A model generated the notes under the pieces. That model was not told the origin of the DNA and ran no database searches. It worked only from the letters and a program-made list of their open reading frames with translations. Shown piece after piece: positions 1 to 8,994 of a DNA stretch of 64,000 nt. A program made the position numbers and the translations under genes. How positions within the stretch are numbered: the stretch's first letter is position 1; each line of letters begins with the position of its first letter. The stretch covers positions 773 through 64,772 of the forward strand of contig CAIMIV010000003.1 of assembly GCA_903841185.1 (NCBI GenBank), given 5' to 3'. This DNA is from an uncultured bacterium. Its GTDB lineage: Bacteria; Patescibacteriota; Minisyncoccia; Moranbacterales; UBA2206.

Positions 1-107
1 ATTATTAGGCTACTACACCACAGCAACTTACTGTGTAATGGAAAACTACAAAATGCCATACATATACCAAATGTAAATATCATTGCTACAATAATATTCT
101 TTTTCAT
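1..107 (-). CDS. 5' part of a hypothetical, probably exported protein (runs off the window); divergent cargo of TrmB #1
   Basis: Minus-strand ATG at 107 preceded by AAGGAG; reads MKKNIIVAMIFTFGICMAF (signal-peptide-like); not in ORF track. Confidence 0.65.
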   Translation of the reverse strand, partial: MKKNIIVAMIFTFGICMAFCSFPLHSKLLWCSSLI

Positions 108-308
108 TACTTCTCTCCTTATTAGTTTTTTAACGAACTTAATTATTATTGTCTAAGATTTTGATTCCCCATTGGTTTCTCATCTTGACTATGTAGTATA
201 TCAGGTTTCGGCAGATTATGTGGAAGTAGGTGACAAAAAGATGGTTAAAATTGACAAATTATGGCTTATCTGATATACTAAAAGTGTTGAAATCTAATCC
301 ACAACAAT

Positions 309-1073
309 ATGATAAAAGACCTCTTAACGCAGCTCGATTTCTCTGAAAAGGAAACCCAAATCTATCTGGCGCTTTTAGAGATGGGTTCGACCAAGCCGAG
401 CGTGTTAGCCAAAAAAACCGGCCTTAATCGCACGACCGTCTATGATATCTGCGATCTTTTGATGCAAAAAGGACTAGTGAGTAAATATAAAAAAGGTGCT
501 GGTACGTTTTTCAATGCGCTGGACCCGAAGCAGTTGCTGAATTATTTGGATCGCGAGAAAGAAGAAAAAGCCAAGGCGATTGAAAAGCAAAAAGACAAAG
601 TGGCGGAACTTTTGCCCCAGCTTGTCTCGATGCAAGATATCTACGGTGCCAACAAGCCCAAGGTACAATTCTTTGAAGGGGAAAAGGGGATGCGCGAAGC
701 CTACGAAGACACGCTGACGAGCAAAGGTACTATTTTAGCCTACGCTAACGTGGAAACCGTGCACGAAGGTTTGCCCAACTTTTTCCCGGAATATTATAAA
801 CGCCGAGCAAAAAATAAGATTTTTATTCGGGCTATCTTTCCCGTAAATGCTCTTTCTATCGAGCGTTCCAAGCTCAATCAGGAAGAAATGCGGGACACGC
901 GCTTTTTGCCGGAAGGCAAGATGACTTTTTCTCCGGAAGTGAATATCTATAACAACAAAATGCTGGTTGCTTCCTGGAAAGAAAAAATCGCCATCATTAT
1001 CGAATCGAAAGAACTGGCGGATTTGCAAAAAATGACTTTCAACTTGTTATGGGACACCTTGCCGAAAAATTAA
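309..1073 (+). CDS. TrmB-family transcriptional regulator (wHTH + PLD-like sensor domain), copy 1
   Basis: N-term EKETQIYLALLEMG...LAKKTGLNRTTVY; PKVQFFEG linker; C-term EVNIYNNK...IIIES...FNLLW. Confidence 0.9.
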   Translation: MIKDLLTQLDFSEKETQIYLALLEMGSTKPSVLAKKTGLNRTTVYDICDLLMQKGLVSKYKKGAGTFFNALDPKQLLNYLDREKEEKAKAIEKQKDKVAELLPQLVSMQDIYGANKPKVQFFEGEKGMREAYEDTLTSKGTILAYANVETVHEGLPNFFPEYYKRRAKNKIFIRAIFPVNALSIERSKLNQEEMRDTRFLPEGKMTFSPEVNIYNNKMLVASWKEKIAIIIESKELADLQKMTFNLLWDTLPKN

Positions 1074-1232
1074 TTTTTTTTATGCTAATTTCGGGAGAGG
1101 TCCTTACCGAAAGCGTTTATCTTCGCGTTGTTAGTTTTATGAAAAATGCTATAATATGATTGCACAGATAGCGATTGCTTTATTGAAAATTGCTAGAGTA
1201 TTAAGAGGCAATGACCGTGTAAGATAAAAATA

Positions 1233-2111
1233 ATGAGCATTTTTTTACAATTGTTGATCAACGGGGTAATCGCCGGAGCGATATATGCGTTGGTATCTTC
1301 CGGTTTTTCTTTAATTTATTCAACAAATAAGTTTGTTCATTTCGCCCACGGTGGTGTTATTGCGCTGTCGGCCTATTTCTTTTTTTGGACACTTTCCAAC
1401 TCAAGCTTAACTCCAGTCGTTGTCATCGCATTAACAATGTTGTTTTCAGCTCTCCTCGGTTATTTGTTGAATAAAGTTTTTTACAAACCCCTTCGTGCAA
1501 AAAAGTCCAGCTCTTTGATTTTGTTTGTTACCAGCATGGCCATTTTAATTTTATCAGAAGCGTTAGTATTACTTATTTTCGGAGCAAACGCAAAAACAAT
1601 CAATCTGATAAAAAATAATCATGGAATGGAAATAGCTGGTGCGATTATTACGCCTTTGCAGCTAGCTATAATAGGAACAGCTGTCTTGTTATTTTTAGGA
1701 TTGTATTTGTTTATGAAAAAAACCAAGATTGGAAAGGCGATGCGCGCGGTAGCTGATAACAAGGAGGTGGCGGAAATTGTTGGCATCTCCTCAGAAAAGA
1801 TTTATAGCTGGTCATTCGCTATCGGTTCGGCAATCGCAGGAATTGCTGCAATATTAATCTCCCTCGAGCAAAATATTGAACCGACGATGGGGACAAGTCT
1901 CATGGTCAAGGGATTTATCAGCGCGATAATCGGCGGAGTCGGCAGTGTGCCAGGCGCAATTTTGGGTTCTTTTTCTCTTGGTTTAACAGAAAATTTTGGC
2001 ACTTGGTTTTTACCCTCGGGCTACAAAGATGCCATCGCGTTCCTCCTGCTCTTCGTTTTTCTGCTTTTCAGACCCCAAGGAATTTTAGGAATTAAAAACA
2101 AACAAAGATGA
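1233..2111 (+). CDS. livH: Branched-chain amino acid ABC transporter permease LivH
   Basis: QLLINGVIAGAIYALVSSGFSLIY, HFAHG, GKAMRAVADN motifs. Confidence 0.9.
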   Translation: MSIFLQLLINGVIAGAIYALVSSGFSLIYSTNKFVHFAHGGVIALSAYFFFWTLSNSSLTPVVVIALTMLFSALLGYLLNKVFYKPLRAKKSSSLILFVTSMAILILSEALVLLIFGANAKTINLIKNNHGMEIAGAIITPLQLAIIGTAVLLFLGLYLFMKKTKIGKAMRAVADNKEVAEIVGISSEKIYSWSFAIGSAIAGIAAILISLEQNIEPTMGTSLMVKGFISAIIGGVGSVPGAILGSFSLGLTENFGTWFLPSGYKDAIAFLLLFVFLLFRPQGILGIKNKQR

Positions 2112-2980
2112 TAGATGCATATCTCACACACCTCGCAATTTTAATTGGAATTTATTCGATTCTGGCCATATCCCTCCAGCTTTCTTTGGGCTATGGTGGA
2201 TTATTGAATTTGGGGCACTTTTCCTTTTTTGGCATCGGGGCCTATGCTTCAGCTCTGCTTTCTGTGGAAGGCGTTCCCTTTGTAATTTGTCTGTTGTTTG
2301 CCGGAATGGTCGCTGCTTTTTTCGGATGGCTGTTGTCAATTGCGACAAATAAACTAAAGGGTGATTATTCCGCGTTGGTGACACTTGGTTTTTCATTTGT
2401 TGTCTATGCTGTTCTGCTAAACTGGGTTGCGTTGACCAATGGGTCATTGGGGATAGCGGGCATTCCTAGGCCAAATTTTTTAGGAATAGATTTTTCGAAT
2501 AATCTATATTTTTTGCTATTGGTAGTTTTTATCGCCCTCCTTTCCTATCTTTTTATACGGAAAATTTGTAGTTCATCATTCGGCAGGGCGCTAGAATCGA
2601 CAAGAGACGATGAGCTGGCGGCAAAATTGTTGGGGAAAAATACCACCAAGCTCAAGCGGGCGTCTCTTTTGATCGCCGCTTTTTTTGCCGGCATTTCCGG
2701 CAGTCTGTTCGCCGCATATATTACCTTCATTGATCCCTCATCTTTTACTTTTACGAATTTGATTCCTATCCTATCGATTGTAATAGTCGGGGGATTGGCG
2801 AGTTTACCGGGTACGATTGTAGCAACCGTCGTGGTAGTGCTGTTGCCGGAGCCCTTTCGTTTTATTGGCTTCCCGACATCCATTCTCGGTCCGATAAGAC
2901 AAATTATGTATGCAACGATTTTGCTTTTAATAATTTATCTTAAACCCCGGGGTTTTTATGGGAAAATTGATTTAGAATAA
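2108..2980 (+). CDS. livM: Branched-chain amino acid ABC transporter permease LivM
   Basis: GYGGLLNLGHFSFFGIGAY, GDYSALVTLGF, FGRALESTRDDE; 4-bp overlap with livH. Confidence 0.9.
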   Translation: MIDAYLTHLAILIGIYSILAISLQLSLGYGGLLNLGHFSFFGIGAYASALLSVEGVPFVICLLFAGMVAAFFGWLLSIATNKLKGDYSALVTLGFSFVVYAVLLNWVALTNGSLGIAGIPRPNFLGIDFSNNLYFLLLVVFIALLSYLFIRKICSSSFGRALESTRDDELAAKLLGKNTTKLKRASLLIAAFFAGISGSLFAAYITFIDPSSFTFTNLIPILSIVIVGGLASLPGTIVATVVVVLLPEPFRFIGFPTSILGPIRQIMYATILLLIIYLKPRGFYGKIDLE

Positions 2981-2982
2981 CT

Positions 2983-3714
2983 ATGTTAAAAATACAGAAC
3001 TTATCGAAAAAATTTGGCGGAGTGATGGCGGTTGATAACTGCTCTTTTGAAATTGAAACGGGCAAGATCACAGCATTGATTGGCCCCAATGGCTCGGGCA
3101 AAACAACACTTTTCAATCTTATCTCTGGAATTGAAAAACCAGAAAAGGGAACCATCTTTTTCAATGGAGGTGATATAACAAGATGTTCAATCGAGCAAGT
3201 TTCAAATTTTGGAATTTCGCGAGTTTTTCAACAATCAAAATTATTTAAAAATCTTACCGTCAGGGAAAACCTGCTTTTAGCCATCGATAACGAGGACACA
3301 AAATTTTGGAAAAGCCTATTGGGGTCAAATAAGATCACTGAAGGAAAAGAGACAAAACTAAAAGAAGTATTGAATGAATTAGGAATTTCAAAAATTAAAG
3401 ACAAGCTGACGAGCGATTTGAGTTTTGGGCAAAAAAGATTAGTCGAATTGGCAAGGGCGCTGCTGAATTCGCATCATCTTTTGCTGCTTGATGAGCCAGT
3501 TGCCGGCGTGAATCCAAAAATCAAAAAAGATGTCGCTAAACTGCTGTTGGATTTAAAGAAGGGAGGACAAACCATATTGTTGATTGAGCATGACATGTCG
3601 TTTACAGCCAGTATCGCAGATCGCATAGTAGTTATGGATTCCGGCGGGGTAATCGCCCACGGTTCGCCTAGTGAGATAAAAAACAACAAGCAGGTCCTGG
3701 CGGCCTACTTGTGA
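2983..3714 (+). CDS. livG: Branched-chain amino acid ABC transporter ATPase LivG
   Basis: FGGVMAVD, Walker A GPNGSGKTT, LSFGQ, LLDEPVAG, IEHDM. Confidence 0.9.
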   Translation: MLKIQNLSKKFGGVMAVDNCSFEIETGKITALIGPNGSGKTTLFNLISGIEKPEKGTIFFNGGDITRCSIEQVSNFGISRVFQQSKLFKNLTVRENLLLAIDNEDTKFWKSLLGSNKITEGKETKLKEVLNELGISKIKDKLTSDLSFGQKRLVELARALLNSHHLLLLDEPVAGVNPKIKKDVAKLLLDLKKGGQTILLIEHDMSFTASIADRIVVMDSGGVIAHGSPSEIKNNKQVLAAYL

Positions 3715-3726
3715 TTGCAAAGACGG

Positions 3727-4440
3727 TTATACCGCAATATCTCCGCCGAAATAGATATCTTTAATTTTTGTATTTTCCAAAATTTCCTTGCCGCCCTCCA
3801 GGGCAACTTCTCCGCTTTCTAAAACATACGTCCTGTCCGCTATCTCGATAGCCTGTTTCGCATTTTGTTCGACCATAAGAATAGCGATGCCTTCATTTCT
3901 GATTTCTTCAATCTTTGCAAAGATCTCTTTCATGGTCTTCGGGTCTAATCCCAGAGAGGGTTCGTCCATGAGCAGCAGCTGTGGATTTTGAATCAAGGCT
4001 CTTGCGATAGCTAGTAACTGCTGTTGCCCCCCGGACAGATTTCCCGCGAGCTCCCCCTGTTTGCTCTTGAGTATGGGGAATTTTTTAAAAACGTCGTTTA
4101 TATTTATTTCCGCCACTTTTTGGTCTGTAATTACAAAAGTGCCCATCTGCAGATTTTCCAAAACGGTCATGCTCGCAAAAACTTGCCGTCCTTGCGGAAC
4201 AAAGCTGATTCCGAGCTCAATTAACTCATGCGTCTTCAATTTGGTTATATCCTTGTCTTTGAAAAATATCTTACCCTCAAAAATATCAGCCAAACTGAAA
4301 ATACTCTTAAGGACTGTCGACTTGCCAGCCCCATTGGGTCCGATCAAGGCGACTATCTCGCCAGCGCCAACATTCAAATTGAGCTTGTGCAAAACCTCAA
4401 TGCCATTATAGCCAGCTTTTAAATTTTGTATTCTAATCAT
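3727..4440 (-). CDS. livF: Branched-chain amino acid ABC transporter ATPase LivF
   Basis: GPNGAGKST, VPQGRQVF, LSGGQQQ, DEPSLGL, VEQNA; start placed at MIRIQNL. Confidence 0.9.
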   Translation of the reverse strand: MIRIQNLKAGYNGIEVLHKLNLNVGAGEIVALIGPNGAGKSTVLKSIFSLADIFEGKIFFKDKDITKLKTHELIELGISFVPQGRQVFASMTVLENLQMGTFVITDQKVAEININDVFKKFPILKSKQGELAGNLSGGQQQLLAIARALIQNPQLLLMDEPSLGLDPKTMKEIFAKIEEIRNEGIAILMVEQNAKQAIEIADRTYVLESGEVALEGGKEILENTKIKDIYFGGDIAV

Positions 4441-4459
4441 ATATGCATATTTTACCACT

Positions 4460-4498
4460 AAAAAATTGAAGCGCCCATAGTAATATGGACGCTTCAAT
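4460..4498 (-). terminator. Intrinsic terminator/stabilising hairpin between livK and livF
   Basis: ATTGAAGCG-CCAT/ATGG-CGCTTCAAT stem followed by a T-tract on the minus strand. Confidence 0.7.
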
Positions 4499-4543
4499 AA
4501 CGGAAAGGCCTAGGTTTGCTGTAGGGCTAACGATTAGTTAACG

Positions 4544-5695
4544 CTATTTTCCAGCATAGACTGGTGCCATTTTTTCCAGTTTGAATAATCTAATCAATAT
4601 TCCGTCTATGTTTCCGTCCTCTTTCATAGAGAGGTTTCCGGTTACGCCCTTATAATCTTTAACTTTTTGCAATAGATCAATTTTTTGGGCAATCCGTTTT
4701 TCTTTGGTTGTTCCGTTGACTTCAGGCAAAACTTTATTGATCAGTATATTTGCTGAATCGTAGGCCTGATCGCTTGCAACAAAGACATAGGGAGTGCGAC
4801 CAAATTTAGTTTTGAAATCCTGATAAAATTTGGTTGCTACCGGGTTTGTTTCAAGTGGGGCATAGAAAGAGAAATGAATCCCATTAATTGCGCCCTTGGA
4901 TGCTTCCTGGATTGACGGAGTTGTCGCAACAGTAGGAATGGTCAAGTATGGCTGATTCATATTTAAATCTTTTGCCTGCTTGATAGCAACTCCAATCTCA
5001 TCATATCCCAGGAACACAATCGCATCCTTATCTTTGAGCTTTAGCAAGGTTGTCTTAAAGTCATTTGTTTGTGCCGGATAACTTTCAACTTGAACGCTTG
5101 CGTTATTTCCCATTCTGGCTACAAATTCATCTGAAACGCTTTGCATAAAATTATCAACGGTGGAATGTACGATTCCGATATTTTTGTATCCTTTTTCTGT
5201 GGCATAGTCAGCTATAACATCAGCCAAATCTTTTGTTTCTTTGGCTATACAAAAGATATTATTACCAGTGTCGGCAAGGTCCTTGTCGCAATCAAGAGGA
5301 TCGATGATTAAGACATTGTCTTTTTTCGCTTTCTCAGCTACCGCCATAACTCCGCCGTAGGTAGACATGATAATTGTCTCAACTCCATCTACGTTTACTA
5401 GTTTCTCGTATGCGGTGACTGCTTTCGCTGTATCGTATTGATCATCTTCGGTTATCAATTTAATTGTTCTTCCATTTACTCCTCCCTTGGCGTTTGCTTG
5501 TTCAATAGCAATTTCCATTGAGCTAACTGCTTCCGTTCCCAGCACTGCCACGCCACCAGAAAGGGGTCCGATATAGCCGATCTTGATGGGCTCACTGGCT
5601 ACGGACTGTTGTTTGTTTTCTTGCGAAAACCATGCGAGACTTGCGATTAGAAGTAGGACTACTATTCCAATACCAACTTTCGTTGTTTTGTTCAT
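4544..5695 (-). CDS. livK: Branched-chain amino acid ABC substrate-binding protein (LivJ/LivK type), membrane anchored
   Basis: N-term TM; PIKIGYIGPLSG, NAKGGVNGR, EDDQYD, YKGVTG motifs. Confidence 0.88.
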   Translation of the reverse strand: MNKTTKVGIGIVVLLLIASLAWFSQENKQQSVASEPIKIGYIGPLSGGVAVLGTEAVSSMEIAIEQANAKGGVNGRTIKLITEDDQYDTAKAVTAYEKLVNVDGVETIIMSTYGGVMAVAEKAKKDNVLIIDPLDCDKDLADTGNNIFCIAKETKDLADVIADYATEKGYKNIGIVHSTVDNFMQSVSDEFVARMGNNASVQVESYPAQTNDFKTTLLKLKDKDAIVFLGYDEIGVAIKQAKDLNMNQPYLTIPTVATTPSIQEASKGAINGIHFSFYAPLETNPVATKFYQDFKTKFGRTPYVFVASDQAYDSANILINKVLPEVNGTTKEKRIAQKIDLLQKVKDYKGVTGNLSMKEDGNIDGILIRLFKLEKMAPVYAGK

Positions 5696-6009
5696 ACGAT
5701 TATTGCTTAAAAATTATTAACTACCAACATTATGCCGCATTGATGTTGCGGCTATTAATCTCCCAAGAACGGCTAAATTTGTGAGATGTTTTTCAAAGAA
5801 CTGGTGTCAGATGTTTTATCTCCGCTCTCATCTAGACTACGAATTATAGCACTTTTTTGGCAACTAGTCCATAGTTGACGACTAGAGCGGAATTATCGGC
5901 CAGTGGGCTATGTGATGTTTTGGCTTGTTACTTGCAATATTTGCTATGATATGCTACAATTTAGTTGTTGTCATAATTGGTGACAGTAACTAATAATAAC
6001 CGTAATTTT

Positions 6010-6750
6010 ATGCATATAGAAGAATTGATCAATGCTGGACTCAGTGAACATGAGGCCAAAGTCTATTTGGCGGCGCTGGAGTTGGGCGAAACCAGTGTTT
6101 ATCGCTTGGCCAAGAAATCTGGTGTCAAAAGGACTACCACCTATTTGGCGGTGGAATCTTTGAAGGGGAAAGGCTTGATCAGCGCTTTTCAGCGCAACAA
6201 CGTCACGCTTTGCTATGCGGAAAGCCCAAAGAAGTTGGCGGTGGCGCTGGAGGAAAAGAAAAAATCCCTAGACCGGATTATGCCGGAACTGTTGGCGTTT
6301 AATAATCTGATGGATAAAAAGCCTAAGATCAAATATTTTGAAGGGCGAGAGTCCTATAAAGAGGTTTTCGACGATGTCTTGAAATATCCTGGCACGGAAA
6401 TGCTGGCAACTTTCAATGAAAAGTTTTGGAATCGAGACAATTATTTTGTCGGCTATTTTATGCCGAAACGCAAAGAAAAGAAGATTTGGGCACGAGAACT
6501 GTTTCAGGATAGTCCGGAATTGCGAAATCTGAAAAACGAGGAACGGCTGCATTTTTTCCAAAGCAAGCTGGTGCCGGGAGATAAATTCAAAATTGAGATT
6601 GAAATGGTCATCTACGGGAACAACAAGGTAGGATTTGTTTCCTATGATGAAGAGATTGCGATTATTATTGAAAGTCAAAAAATCCATGATACGCAAAAAA
6701 GTTTTTTTGAAACGATCTGGAGCTTGTTGCCAGAGCACAAGAGTAAATAA
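6010..6750 (+). CDS. TrmB-family transcriptional regulator, copy 2
   Basis: GLSEHEAKVYLAALELG...KRTTTY; KPKIKYFEG; EMVIYGNNK...IIIES; start placed at MHIEEL. Confidence 0.9.
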   Translation: MHIEELINAGLSEHEAKVYLAALELGETSVYRLAKKSGVKRTTTYLAVESLKGKGLISAFQRNNVTLCYAESPKKLAVALEEKKKSLDRIMPELLAFNNLMDKKPKIKYFEGRESYKEVFDDVLKYPGTEMLATFNEKFWNRDNYFVGYFMPKRKEKKIWARELFQDSPELRNLKNEERLHFFQSKLVPGDKFKIEIEMVIYGNNKVGFVSYDEEIAIIIESQKIHDTQKSFFETIWSLLPEHKSK

Positions 6751-6771
6751 TCAAGTAACTGTTACTTAGAA

Positions 6772-7116
6772 ATGGATTATTTAAAATGGTTAAAAGAATT
6801 AGACAAAGAATCCGAGGGTAAGTATGTGGAAGCAGCTTGCCCGTATTTTGCGAATGGCAAATGCACAATTTATGCAGAAAGATTTGCTTGTTGCCGGAAT
6901 GTTCCGCAAAAAGAAGGGTATTGCTCTAAAAATAAAACTTGTCAGCTTGTAAAAGATGCTATTGAAAATAACACGCCCGCATCCAGCGAGGCTTGCGGTC
7001 AGTGCCGGAAAACGTGTTGCGAAAAGATCCTCGTGCCAGCGCAAGTGGAAATCACAAAAGAATTCATAGAAAAGTGGATGGACATCTCATGTTCCGATTG
7101 TCGGAAGTTTTTCTAA
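6772..7116 (+). CDS. Cys-rich YkgJ/FliB-like zinc/iron-chelating protein with permuted motif order
   Basis: CPYF..GKCTIY.ER..CC followed later by CGQCRKTCC. Confidence 0.6.
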   Translation: MDYLKWLKELDKESEGKYVEAACPYFANGKCTIYAERFACCRNVPQKEGYCSKNKTCQLVKDAIENNTPASSEACGQCRKTCCEKILVPAQVEITKEFIEKWMDISCSDCRKFF

Positions 7117-7126
7117 ATAAAGTTGG

Positions 7127-7173
7127 TGGAAAAATAAAAAAAGCCAGGAACCGCGAGGGGTTACTGGCTTTTT
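7127..7173. terminator. Bidirectional terminator, repeat copy A
   Basis: AAAAAGCCAG-G-AACC..GGTT-A-CTGGCTTTTT between convergent genes; near-identical to 8931-8976. Confidence 0.75.
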
Positions 7174-7180
7174 GAACATA

Positions 7181-7555
7181 CTACTCACTATTCTTTCCCT
7201 CTACATGAAAATTCCATCTTCCATATTTGCCACTACACACAATGGAATCTCCGTGCCAATTTTCTGCTGCCCCCCTCTCTACAATAATTGTTTCTTCCTG
7301 CTTGAATCTATTGATGTAGGTTTTTGTTACAACACACACTCCGTCTTTTTTATCATCTCCCATGTAATAAACGATGAATGTGACTCCAGTGCATGGCAGC
7401 ATGTGGTTAAATTCGTTAAATCGTTGCTTGTGCCAGTATAACTCACTTGAGGCTGCAAACCCGATTTCTGACATCATACCCTCTAAATGCCGTGCCTCTA
7501 TAAAACCGTTTCCGTAATACGAAGCATTACTTAAAACATATTGTTTTGTTTCCAT
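7181..7555 (-). CDS. Hypothetical protein (TrmB #3 cargo, second gene)
   Basis: 124-aa ORF with AGGAG SD; no recognisable domain. Confidence 0.65.
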   Translation of the reverse strand: METKQYVLSNASYYGNGFIEARHLEGMMSEIGFAASSELYWHKQRFNEFNHMLPCTGVTFIVYYMGDDKKDGVCVVTKTYINRFKQEETIIVERGAAENWHGDSIVCSGKYGRWNFHVEGKNSE

Positions 7556-7614
7556 GGCACTTCTCCTATTTAGGGTTTACCCATTGGTGGGTGATTGGTT
7601 TTTTGAATTAATGA

Positions 7615-7947
7615 TTAGAACATTGCTGTTGCCGTACCGTTAAAAATCACACATGAGGTTGTTGCTGATTTTGGATCCATCATGGCAATCCCTGCTGAGA
7701 TCATTATGCCATCGACAGTCCAATAATCTCCATTCCAGATCATCTCACATTTTTCGAAAAATTTATGATGGACTCTTTTCAATGTGATACCTCTTCTCAA
7801 TTCATCCTCATCCATGAAAACGGGGCAATCGTCTTCCACCCTCATTCTTGTCAGGAGGAAGCCTGTGGAAGTGTATAAATCCATGGGCGAGTTACTATCA
7901 TCCCCAATAACCATTGGGTCTTTACAACATGAGCATGTTAATAACAT
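7615..7947 (-). CDS. Hypothetical protein (TrmB #3 cargo, first gene), N-terminal CSCC
   Basis: 110-aa ORF with AAGGAG SD; TTGACT-17-TATACT promoter upstream. Confidence 0.65.
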   Translation of the reverse strand: MLLTCSCCKDPMVIGDDSNSPMDLYTSTGFLLTRMRVEDDCPVFMDEDELRRGITLKRVHHKFFEKCEMIWNGDYWTVDGIMISAGIAMMDPKSATTSCVIFNGTATAMF

Positions 7948-8175
7948 AGCAGGTCTCCTTGGTATAGTTTGATATTGAGTTTTTAAAGATCTGGTGTCAT
8001 GAATCTTCTACTGAACTTATCATGACTACGTAGTATACACCAAAAACAACAAAAAGTCAACGATTGTAGCAAAATAAACAAATAACTATGTTTTGTGCGA
8101 CCTAATATTGACTGATATAAGGGAAATATGCTATAATAAAAATGTTGTCAAGAAATATAACAAAATGTTAAATAT

Positions 8176-8919
8176 ATGTTAAAAAAGGACTTAGAAGTCA
8201 TCGGATTGGACGATAGCGAGGCTAGCGCCTATTTGGCTTTGCTGGAATTGGACGAAGCCTCCATCGCGCAAATTGCCGCCAAAGCCAAACTAAAGCGACC
8301 GACCACCTACCTGATTGTGGAATCTCTGAAAGAAAAAGGTTTAGTGGGTATGGTCAAAAGAAAGAAAAAGACTTTGTTTCTGGCGGAAGACCCCAGAAAA
8401 ATTCTGGATATGCTGGAAGAACGCAAACAAAAGATGAATCGCATCATGCCGGAGCTGCTGTCGTTTGCCAATGTGTTGGATAAAAAACCAGGTATTCGTT
8501 ATTTCGAAGGTTGGGAAGGCATCAAGGATGTCTATCGTGACACCTTGAATTATCCCGAGCAAGAATTTCAGGCTTTTTTCTCGGAAGTTTTTTTGACGCG
8601 CTTTGACGAGAAGTTTTTTACCGAATTTTATTATGATCAGCGTCTGCAAAAAAGAATTTTCGTGCGGGCGATTTTGCCCGACAATGCCGACACACGCGAA
8701 TTGGTTACGCATGACCAAGCGCAACTGCGCAAATCAAAATTGGCACCAGTCGGCATGTTTCATATGAATATTGAAATCAACACCTACGGCAAAGACAAGG
8801 TGGGGATTATTTCTTTCGAAGAAGATTTCGCCCTAATCATCGAAAGTAAAAAAATTCACGACAGCCTCAAAAGTCTGTTCGAACTAACTTGGAGCTTGTT
8901 GCCGGAGAATAAAGGATAG
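8176..8919 (+). CDS. TrmB-family transcriptional regulator, copy 3
   Basis: GLDDSEASAYLALLEL...KRPTTY; KPGIRYFEG; EINTYGKDK...LIIES. Confidence 0.9.
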   Translation: MLKKDLEVIGLDDSEASAYLALLELDEASIAQIAAKAKLKRPTTYLIVESLKEKGLVGMVKRKKKTLFLAEDPRKILDMLEERKQKMNRIMPELLSFANVLDKKPGIRYFEGWEGIKDVYRDTLNYPEQEFQAFFSEVFLTRFDEKFFTEFYYDQRLQKRIFVRAILPDNADTRELVTHDQAQLRKSKLAPVGMFHMNIEINTYGKDKVGIISFEEDFALIIESKKIHDSLKSLFELTWSLLPENKG

Positions 8920-8930
8920 TCATTAACAAT

Positions 8931-8976
8931 TGGAAAAATAAAAAAGCCATGAACCGCGAAGGGTTGCTGGTTTTTT
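8931..8976. terminator. Bidirectional terminator, repeat copy B
   Basis: TGGAAAAATAAAAAAGCCATGAACCGCGAAGGGTTGCTGGTTTTTT between TrmB #3 and rarA. Confidence 0.7.
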
Positions 8977-8994
8977 ATTGAATAATAAATGGTT

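Noticed and set aside
7127-7173. Integron attC interpretation of the repeated hairpin
   Set aside because: Lacks RYYYAAC/GTTRRRY outer boxes, has poly-A/T tails typical of terminators, and no integrase is present.
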